Shown here: positions 31,664-38,329 of the stretch, piece by piece | Layout of the letters: each line of letters starts with the position of its first letter | How positions within the stretch are numbered: position 1 is the first letter of the stretch | NCBI GenBank assembly: GCA_045612465.1 | Contig: JAZKZC010000059.1 | Span: 1 to 38,329 of the forward strand | Source: Eubacteriales bacterium | GTDB taxonomy: Bacteria; Bacillota; Clostridia; Oscillospirales; CAG-272 | Reading direction: 5' to 3' | Length of the DNA stretch: 38,329 nucleotides | Made by a program: the position numbers and the translations under genes | Notes under the pieces: model-generated | The model's input: the letters and a program-made list of their open reading frames with translations, nothing else | What the model was told of the DNA's origin: nothing | The model's database searches: none

Positions 31664-33847
31664 TTATTTGAATGTTACGTTATACGCCGCATCCTTTATT
31701 ATGTTGACGTGTGAAGCATTGCTTCCGAATGTGTGGTCAATGCCGACTCTCGGGTCAACTCTGAATATCGAAGCGAATATTGTGTATGCCGCAAGTGTTG
31801 AGCCGATTTCGGAGGGGTGGTAAAGGTCAGCCGCAAGCCAGAGGTTTATGTTAAGACCGTGTGCGTTATAAACCGATGTGAATGCCTTACCTACGTTTGC
31901 CATAATTGCGCCAACGTCATAACCGATAGCGTCGTATGAGTTACGGAGCGCCATTTCCATATTGCCAACGCTTCCGTACGACTGTGTCGTGCCGTGGCTC
32001 GGGTGGAAGCCCCATGTCTGGTAAAGAACGACTTCGCCGCCCTTTTGTCTTACCATATTTGTAAGATGCTTTACGGCGTTGTGGAACGTTGACGGAGCTG
32101 TAAGCGGAGTTGTACTCTGTTCCTGAAGAACTACGTATTCGTATATACCGCTGTTGATCGCATTTGCCGCTTCGGCTGCGTATGAGCCTGAAACGTAGTC
32201 TACAAGTCTTGCACCGCCGTGCTCTATAAGCGTAACGCTTACGTCATAGCCTGCCGCAAGAGCGATGTTGTAGAATCTGTAGATCGACATCTGGTGATAC
32301 CAGGTAAAGCTGTTACCGATAAAGAGGATGTCGTAGTGCTTGTTCTTTGTAAGAACGGGTGTGTAGCTGTCAGTCTTGTTTTCAAGCGTGAACTTCTGCG
32401 CTTCGGAGTCGTTGAACGTGTAGATGTCTACCTTCTGACCGTGAGTGAATGAGCCGCTGTAAATGTCGAGAACGTGGTTCTTTGAAAGTGCGGAGGAGAA
32501 TACTACCTTGCCGTCCTTGATGTAGAGATTCCAGAGCTGTGCATTCGTTCTGTTTGCTTCGTAAAGCTGTACCGATGTGAGGTTTTCAGCCACAGCGCCC
32601 TTGATGTCAAGCACCATATTGTGCTTTGCCATATTTGTAACGAGGTATGAGCCGTCTGCCTGACGTTCGAACTTCCACATTTCACCGGGCTGGTTCTTGT
32701 TGTTGTAGAGATACAGCTCGGAATAACGGTTGCTTATACGCTTTCCGCCTGCGCTGATAGTTGAATAGAAGACATCGCCGAGGTCGGATTTTGCAACCTT
32801 ATCGAAGTGATTTGCCGATGAGTCGATAGATACCTTTGATATAAGGAACTTCTGTGACATAATATCGTCAAACACACCGAGAGCGATGTTTGTGTTGTTC
32901 GAAACGTTGGGAGATGCGGCGGACATAACGACACCGTTTGCATCGGATGTGTAAAGCACGGAATGTACTCCGTCACCTGCATCAACGATGTACCACTTCT
33001 GTCCGGGTGAGCCGCTTTCTGTATAAATCTTGACGTCAGTTCCTGCGATAGATGCGCCGCTGAGGTCAAGAACCATATTGTATGCGAAGTTTTTGATCGT
33101 GTACGAGCCGTCTGCGTTACGTGTGAAGTGCCATGTCTGTTCACCTGACATATTCTTCTTGTATGCTACGACGCTGTTTGCTCCGCTGTACTGAGGCATA
33201 ATTGCCTTATCTGTATACATAACGTCTATAGTTGCATAGAAGTCTGTACCGATATTGAGAGGTTCTCTGTCTTCAAGCGGAACGTCTGTTATTTCTGTGT
33301 CGGGCATTGCCGTAGGCTCTGCCGTAACAGCTGAAACGATATTGCTCAAGTCGTCGTTTGTGTACTTGCCGTCACGGTTGAAATCAAGTGCTTCCAATGA
33401 GCAAAGATCCTCGGGTGTGTTAAGAAGATATTTCTTACCTCTGACAACGTCAGCGCCGTTTATTTTGCCGTCACACGTCAAGTCGCCCTTTACGACCAGC
33501 GGATATTCCTCGTATGTTGTGACGTTTACAAGCGTAAAGCCTGTTGAAACTACGCTGTTCTTGGACAACGCTCTGCCGCTGTTGTCCTTGATGTAGCAAG
33601 GCTCTGTGAATGAATCTGTTATGTAGTAGACCTTTGTGCCCGCGTCAATGTTCACAACCATATCGTTTTCAATTCTGACCGTGCTTCCGCTGACGGGGGT
33701 GAGGGCTTTAACAGTTACCGCTTCGGCAGTTTTTTCGGCAAGCTCACTGACAGAGGAGCTTAAAGCCGCACAAACCGAAGCGAGTACGAAAGATAAGAGC
33801 AAAAATGTCGATACTGTTTTAAAAATGATATTCTTTTTCTTTTTCAT
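31664..33847 (-). CDS. Secreted protein with a signal peptide, dockerin-type repeats, ricin-type beta-trefoil lectin repeats (QxW) and a C-terminal SGNH/DUF4886-like hydrolase domain
   Basis: Start at ATG 33847, after AGGAG (MKKKKNIIFK...).
- Dockerin-like pair: DLTCDGKINGADV and DFNRDGKYTNDDL.
- QxW-type motifs: QTWHF, QKWYI, EMWKF, AQLWNL.
- C-terminal ILFIGNSFTWYH...VVLQEQS, typical of DUF4886/SGNH. Confidence 0.85.
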   Translation of the reverse strand: MKKKKNIIFKTVSTFLLLSFVLASVCAALSSSVSELAEKTAEAVTVKALTPVSGSTVRIENDMVVNIDAGTKVYYITDSFTEPCYIKDNSGRALSKNSVVSTGFTLVNVTTYEEYPLVVKGDLTCDGKINGADVVRGKKYLLNTPEDLCSLEALDFNRDGKYTNDDLSNIVSAVTAEPTAMPDTEITDVPLEDREPLNIGTDFYATIDVMYTDKAIMPQYSGANSVVAYKKNMSGEQTWHFTRNADGSYTIKNFAYNMVLDLSGASIAGTDVKIYTESGSPGQKWYIVDAGDGVHSVLYTSDANGVVMSAASPNVSNNTNIALGVFDDIMSQKFLISKVSIDSSANHFDKVAKSDLGDVFYSTISAGGKRISNRYSELYLYNNKNQPGEMWKFERQADGSYLVTNMAKHNMVLDIKGAVAENLTSVQLYEANRTNAQLWNLYIKDGKVVFSSALSKNHVLDIYSGSFTHGQKVDIYTFNDSEAQKFTLENKTDSYTPVLTKNKHYDILFIGNSFTWYHQMSIYRFYNIALAAGYDVSVTLIEHGGARLVDYVSGSYAAEAANAINSGIYEYVVLQEQSTTPLTAPSTFHNAVKHLTNMVRQKGGEVVLYQTWGFHPSHGTTQSYGSVGNMEMALRNSYDAIGYDVGAIMANVGKAFTSVYNAHGLNINLWLAADLYHPSEIGSTLAAYTIFASIFRVDPRVGIDHTFGSNASHVNIIKDAAYNVTFK

Positions 33848-33962
33848 TTGTAATTCTCCTGCCGTGTCGGAAATCGTTGACACGGTCTGTTTTGCATATT
33901 TTCGGCCGGAGCGTTTTCAGCTCCAGCCGATTTGTTTTGAATTTTACGGGGTGAAACGGAGA

Positions 33963-36029
33963 TTAATCCTCGCTTCTCTTTTTTGCTTCGTCTGCAATTA
34001 TCTTTTCTGCGATATTTGCAGGTGTTTCCTCGTAACGGAGGAATGAAAGTGTGTAGCTTCCGCGTCCCTGTGACATTGCACGGAGTGCGGTCGTGTAATC
34101 CGCAAGCTCACCCATAGGAACTTCGGCTTCTACCATCTGGTAGCCCTTCTTTCCTGTGTGAGTCATGCCGAGAACTCTGCCGCGGCGCTTCATAATAGTG
34201 CTGAGAACATCGCCGACGAGCGCATCGGGAATCGTTACATTCAATGCACCCACGGGCTCAAGGATTATGGGACTCGCTTTCTTCATACCTTCCTTATAAG
34301 CTATGTTTGCGGCAAGCTTAAAGGACATTTCCGATGAGTCAACGTCGTGGTAAGAACCGTCGTAAAGGTCAGCTTTGAGCGATACCATCGGGAATCCCGC
34401 AAGAACACCCTTCTGCATTGCTTCTTCAAGTCCCTTTATAACTGCGGGGTGGAAGTTCTTTGGAACCGAACCGCCGACACAGGACTCTGTAAATTCAAGA
34501 CCTTCGCCGTCACCGGGGGCAAATCTTATCTTGACGTGACCGTACTGACCGTGACCGCCCGACTGCTTCTTATGTTTGCCTTCGCAGTCAACGCTCTTTT
34601 TGATAGCTTCTCTGTAAGCGATACGGGGTTCTGCAAGGTCTACCGAGATACCGTAACGCGCGGCAAGCTTTGCTACCGTTACGTCGATGTGGATATCACC
34701 GATACCCGAAAGCACGAGCTGTTTCGTTTCAGCGTCGTTTACGAATCCGAGCGTGAGGTCTTCTTCGAGGAGCTTCGTTACACCCTGCGAGATCTTGTCT
34801 TCATCGCCTTTTACCTTGGGAGATACCGCAACGCGGAGATAAGGTTCTTCGTATTTTATCTTTCTGTAAGGATCTGCATTCGGATTTGCGGAGAACGTGT
34901 CGTTCGTATTTACTCCCGCAAGCTTTGTCGTAACACCGATGTCGCCTGTGTAAAGTGAATCGACTTCTTTCAGTTCCTTACCTTTGATTGTGTAGATGTG
35001 GGCAAATTTTTCCGATACGCCCGTTTCGGGATTCGTGAGTGTATCGTCGCGTTTGAGTACACCGCTCATTACCTTGAAGTAAGACATCTTACCTACAAAC
35101 GGGTCTGCAACCGTCTTGAAGATAAATGCCGCTGTGGGATTATCGGGTGATATTTCACAGCTTCTGACTTCGCCGTCTCTTATAACCTTTTCCTTTTCTC
35201 TTGCAAACGGTGAGGGGAAGTATTCGATGATGTTATCCATCAGGTTGTCAATACCCCACATCTTTGTTGCCGCACCGCATATAACGGGGGCGATGGTACG
35301 GCCGACAAAGCCTACGTGGATAGCCTGAATAGCTTCTTCGCGTGTTATAGGCTCACCTGCGCAGTATTTATCCATAAGTTCTTCGCTCGTTTCAGCGATG
35401 GATTCATAAAGCATATTGCGGTATGAGTGAGCAACGGGAGCGTAAGCGGGGGGGATTGCCGACTCGGTGTGCTTACCTTCCTTGTCGAATACCGTTACGC
35501 ACATATCAATAAGGTCGATGAATCCCGTAACCTTTTCGCCGTCGATAAGCGGTATCAGAACGGGACAAACCGAAACACCGAACGCATCTCTTATTTCCTT
35601 GAATGCGCGCGCAAAACGGCATTCGTCATCGTCGAATTTATTGATAAAGAACGCTCTGGGAACCTTGTTTTCAACAACCTTTTCCCAAGCAAGCTCAGTA
35701 CCCACTTCAACACCTGCTTTACCGTCAACGACGATAATAGCGCTTCCCGCAACACGAAGGCCCTGCGAAACTTCTCCGCAAAAGTCAAGGTATCCGGGGG
35801 TATCTATAATATTTATTTTCTTTCCCTTCCATTCAACGGGAGCAACAGCCAGGGAAATTGAAAAGCCTCTTTTCTTTTCTTCGGCATCATAATCGAGCAC
35901 GGTATTTCCTTCGCTGACCTTTCCCAAGCGGTTCGTTGCCTTGGTGAAATAAAGCATAGCCTCAGCAACGGATGTTTTGCCATGTGATGAGTGACCTATC
36001 AAACATACATTACGAATATTGTTGTTCAT
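33963..36029 (-). CDS. Elongation factor G paralog (EF-G-like translational GTPase) with atypical G motifs
   Basis: 688 aa with full EF-G domain architecture. G1 is GHSSHGKTS, G3 is DTPGYLDF and G4 is NKFD. The C-terminal domain IV/V-like regions are conserved. Confidence 0.9.
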   Translation of the reverse strand: MNNNIRNVCLIGHSSHGKTSVAEAMLYFTKATNRLGKVSEGNTVLDYDAEEKKRGFSISLAVAPVEWKGKKINIIDTPGYLDFCGEVSQGLRVAGSAIIVVDGKAGVEVGTELAWEKVVENKVPRAFFINKFDDDECRFARAFKEIRDAFGVSVCPVLIPLIDGEKVTGFIDLIDMCVTVFDKEGKHTESAIPPAYAPVAHSYRNMLYESIAETSEELMDKYCAGEPITREEAIQAIHVGFVGRTIAPVICGAATKMWGIDNLMDNIIEYFPSPFAREKEKVIRDGEVRSCEISPDNPTAAFIFKTVADPFVGKMSYFKVMSGVLKRDDTLTNPETGVSEKFAHIYTIKGKELKEVDSLYTGDIGVTTKLAGVNTNDTFSANPNADPYRKIKYEEPYLRVAVSPKVKGDEDKISQGVTKLLEEDLTLGFVNDAETKQLVLSGIGDIHIDVTVAKLAARYGISVDLAEPRIAYREAIKKSVDCEGKHKKQSGGHGQYGHVKIRFAPGDGEGLEFTESCVGGSVPKNFHPAVIKGLEEAMQKGVLAGFPMVSLKADLYDGSYHDVDSSEMSFKLAANIAYKEGMKKASPIILEPVGALNVTIPDALVGDVLSTIMKRRGRVLGMTHTGKKGYQMVEAEVPMGELADYTTALRAMSQGRGSYTLSFLRYEETPANIAEKIIADEAKKRSED

Positions 36030-36179
36030 AGATATATTCCTGCCTTTCTGACAATAATTAGTATCTTGTCTTACATACGTACATTATACTGTATTATTAA
36101 TTGTTATTCAAGACCTTTTGCGTTTATTTAAAATGCCGAATGCGTAGAAATTTTTTATTGATTTTTGTGCAGTATGAAC

Positions 36180-36218
36180 AAAAACGGTTGCGTAAATCAT
36201 TATTTACGCAACCGTTTT
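36180..36218. terminator. Perfect 17-bp hairpin terminator (bidirectional look) after the lipoprotein gene
   Basis: aaaacggttgcgtaaat-catt-atttacgcaaccgtttt. Confidence 0.75.
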
Positions 36219-36242
36219 GGTTTCAATATTTATTTGTAAATA

Positions 36243-37058
36243 TCAGTCGATCGGTCTGTATGCGAATCTGAATTCGGCATTCGTGCTTGAAAGAGGCTCT
36301 GAAGAAGGCTGGGTCGACTGAAGTCTTGCGTCTGAACCTGCATCGTATCTGTAATACGTTCTGCGTCCGCTTTCGCCCGCGCAGATGAATACGTGCTTGG
36401 GATAATCTTTCAGATATTCGGGGACGGGAATGTTCTGGCTGTTGCCGACGAAGATTATATCTCCCGCCTGTACTTCGGATTCGTCTGTTATCTTCTCGAA
36501 TTTGAGGTTTTTAAGCACTTCCTCGATGGGATTTGTGGTGTAAAGCGTAAAGCCTTTTGTGCTCGGCTGTCTTTTGGTGTAGAATCCCGCATCGTAAAGC
36601 GCCCAGCCTACGAATCTGTCGCAGGAAACGATCTTTTCCGTCTTGTCAAGTGCGGGGTTTACACTTGCATCTCCGTATTTATATTTGTTGTCGCGTACAT
36701 AGTCGGCAACCTGCTTTGCATGATGAAGTATTTTCGCAGCCGCAAGCGTGGGGCAGGAATTGTGCACGAGATTTCCTTCTGAATCAAATACGACGTAACC
36801 GTATCTCTGGTTGTCGTCTGCCGCTTTTTTGGCATCATCAAGCGATGTGTATTCACCGCCGAGCTGTGTTTCCTCTGTGTTATAGGGTGATCTTACGTAG
36901 TATATAAGTGACATTTGTTCCTCCGTTTCCGCATCCGTTGACGGTGCGCTTGTTTCAGTTGCCGATATATCGGCTGTGTCCGTGTCGGAGGAGGCTCCTC
37001 CGCAGGCAGTCATCAAGAGCGACGCTGCTATAAGCATTATCAGTATTTTCTTTTTCAA
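36243..37058 (-). CDS. Lipoprotein, possibly with a papain-like (NlpC/P60-type) C-terminal domain
   Basis: Lipobox LLMTACGG. TTG start 9 nt after AAGGAG. The C-terminal half has a Cys (VSCDRFVGWALYDAGF) and a downstream His (KHVFICAG), compatible with a Cys-His peptidase fold. The family assignment is tentative. Confidence 0.7.
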   Translation of the reverse strand: MKKKILIMLIAASLLMTACGGASSDTDTADISATETSAPSTDAETEEQMSLIYYVRSPYNTEETQLGGEYTSLDDAKKAADDNQRYGYVVFDSEGNLVHNSCPTLAAAKILHHAKQVADYVRDNKYKYGDASVNPALDKTEKIVSCDRFVGWALYDAGFYTKRQPSTKGFTLYTTNPIEEVLKNLKFEKITDESEVQAGDIIFVGNSQNIPVPEYLKDYPKHVFICAGESGRRTYYRYDAGSDARLQSTQPSSEPLSSTNAEFRFAYRPID

Positions 37059-37175
37059 GTTCCGATACTCCTTATTGTTTCGTTGAAAACATTATATATC
37101 TGAACGGTGCTTTTGTCAAGTGAATTTTACGAACATATATTTCAGATGTGCATATAATCACTTCGGGGTGAATAC

Positions 37176-37538
37176 GTGAAAAAAATATATATCGCTGTCG
37201 GTTTACTGTCGTTTGTTCTCGGTACAGTCGGCTGTGTTGTGCCGTTTCTTCCGACGTTCCCGTTTTTTCTTCTTTGCGGGGTGTGCTTCGCAAGGGGCTC
37301 TGACAGCCTTTACAAAAGATTTATTTCCTCAAAACTGTACGAAAGAAATTTTAAAGGCTTTTCAAAGGGGGAGGGAATGAAAAGATCGACCAAGGTTCGT
37401 ATCATACTGACCGTCGGCGTATGCTGCGGCATCGGCTTTTTTCTTTCCGACTCAATCGCCGTAAAGGTAATTATCGCCGCCGTGTTTGCGCTTCATCTTT
37501 TGTATTTTCTGTTCGGAGTGAAAAACGCTGACGGCTGA
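37176..37538 (+). CDS. ybaN: YbaN family (DUF454) inner membrane protein
   Basis: GTG start after GGGGTGA. LGTVGCVVPFLPTFPFFLLCGVCFARGS is the typical YbaN N-terminus. Confidence 0.75.
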   Translation: MKKIYIAVGLLSFVLGTVGCVVPFLPTFPFFLLCGVCFARGSDSLYKRFISSKLYERNFKGFSKGEGMKRSTKVRIILTVGVCCGIGFFLSDSIAVKVIIAAVFALHLLYFLFGVKNADG

Positions 37539-37664
37539 GCAAAAATTTTCAATATAGGACAAAATACGCATTGACAAAAAAAATACCGTATGATAAAATA
37601 AATCGTTCTCACCTTTTTTTGAATACCGAATACAAAACGGCGCATAATTTCAAGGGGTGATGAA

Positions 37665-37763
37665 ATGAAAAGTATAATTATGAGGTTTGCGGTCGGATTT
37701 GCGGTAGGGCTTGCGCTTTTTGGTCTGCTCGGCTATGCATTTTATACCGCGGTAAATTTGTAA
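37665..37763 (+). CDS. Possible 32-aa single-TM micro-protein, translationally coupled to rsuA
   Basis: The ATG at 37665 lies 5 nt after AAGGGGTGA. It reads MKSIIMRFAVGFAVGLALFGLLGYAFYTAVNL. Its TAA overlaps the rsuA ATG (TAATG). A TTGACA-17-TAAAAT promoter lies about 70 nt upstream. It is too short for the ORF track. Confidence 0.35.
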   Translation: MKSIIMRFAVGFAVGLALFGLLGYAFYTAVNL

Positions 37764-38329
37764 TGAGACTTGATAAATTTTTTACCCATACGGGAACGAT
37801 GTCGAGAAAAGAGTGCGCCGGGGCGGCGAAAAGAGGGCGCATAAGCGTAAACGGCAAGGTCGTGACAGACTCTGCCGTACATATAAATGAAAATGCCGAT
37901 ACAGTCACTCTTGACGGCGCCGCTGTCACATATATGAAATATATTTATATAATGCTGAATAAGCCGAAAGGGTACGTCAGTTCCGCGGACGAGCCGGGGG
38001 AGCATACGGTGCTTGAACTGCTTCCCGAAAACATTGTCAAATGCGGTGTTTTTCCGTCGGGCAGACTCGATAAGGATACCACGGGACTTATGATAATAAC
38101 GAACGACGGCCCGTCATCTCACAAGGCGCTTGCTCCGAAAAGCCACGTCAGTAAGAAATACAGGTACGAATGTGCCGACGTGCTTACAAACGCCGACGTG
38201 CAGAAAATGAAAAACGGCATAACACTTGCAGACGGATATACGACGCTTCCGTGCGAGCTTGAGATGCTCGGCGAAAAACACGGAGAAATCATTTTGCATG
38301 AGGGAAAATACCACCAGATAAAAAGAATG
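37763..38329 (+). CDS. rsuA: 16S rRNA pseudouridine synthase (RsuA/RluB family, S4 domain + PseudoU_synth_2), 3' end outside the window
   Basis: MRLDKFFTHTG...MLNKPKGYVS...GRLDKDTTGLMIITNDG...EGKYHQIKRM. The frame stays open to the last base of the window. It is not in the ORF track because no stop codon is present. Confidence 0.85.
   Translation, partial: MRLDKFFTHTGTMSRKECAGAAKRGRISVNGKVVTDSAVHINENADTVTLDGAAVTYMKYIYIMLNKPKGYVSSADEPGEHTVLELLPENIVKCGVFPSGRLDKDTTGLMIITNDGPSSHKALAPKSHVSKKYRYECADVLTNADVQKMKNGITLADGYTTLPCELEMLGEKHGEIILHEGKYHQIKRM

Noticed and set aside
33861-33932. Two hairpins between the EF-G paralog and the 727-aa gene, considered as a riboswitch or attenuator
   Set aside because: They are simple stem-loops (ccgtgtc/gacacgg and cggccggagc/gctccagccg) consistent with a terminator for the EF-G-like gene and a 5' UTR structure. 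I can recognise no conserved riboswitch core.

Overview
This 38.3-kb window looks like chromosomal DNA from a sporulating, Gram-positive Clostridia-type anaerobe. It carries spoIIID, spoVAD and spoVAE, plus two large secreted proteins with dockerin-type repeats. A Ruminococcus/Oscillospiraceae-like host is my guess only.

Most of the window is housekeeping or metabolic:
- lgt, the NAD(P)HX repair enzyme Nnr, and nicotinate phosphoribosyltransferase
- a TIGR03960/TIGR03936-type radical SAM pair and a RadC-like protein
- a four-gene Na+-translocating oxaloacetate decarboxylase cluster
- PutP, an FGGY kinase, a Gfo/Idh/MocA oxidoreductase and a sugar-phosphate isomerase
- an EF-G paralog, YbaN and a partial RsuA

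Five tRNA genes sit in three loci: Met-Glu, Ser, and Thr-Tyr on the minus strand.

I found no CRISPR array, integrase, transposase, phage genes or recognisable defence or toxin-antitoxin genes.

The part I cannot explain with standard feature types lies just downstream of each tRNA-locus terminator. Each locus is followed by a visibly AT-rich, CpG-poor single gene: a CPBP/Abi protease, a flavodoxin-like protein, and an XRE regulator. All three genes are driven by the same promoter module, a caaggc-NNNN-gccTTGATT hairpin with a 17-nt spacer and TATAAT/TATAAA. Two of the loci are bordered by unusual arrays. In these arrays a constant heptamer and then its reverse complement alternate with short hairpins of variable sequence. 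Two arrays (23487-23632 and 27958-28085) are inverted homologues, and their differences preserve the hairpins. I read this as a possible tRNA-linked cassette or structured-repeat system. That is a hypothesis from sequence alone, and no recombinase is present in the window.
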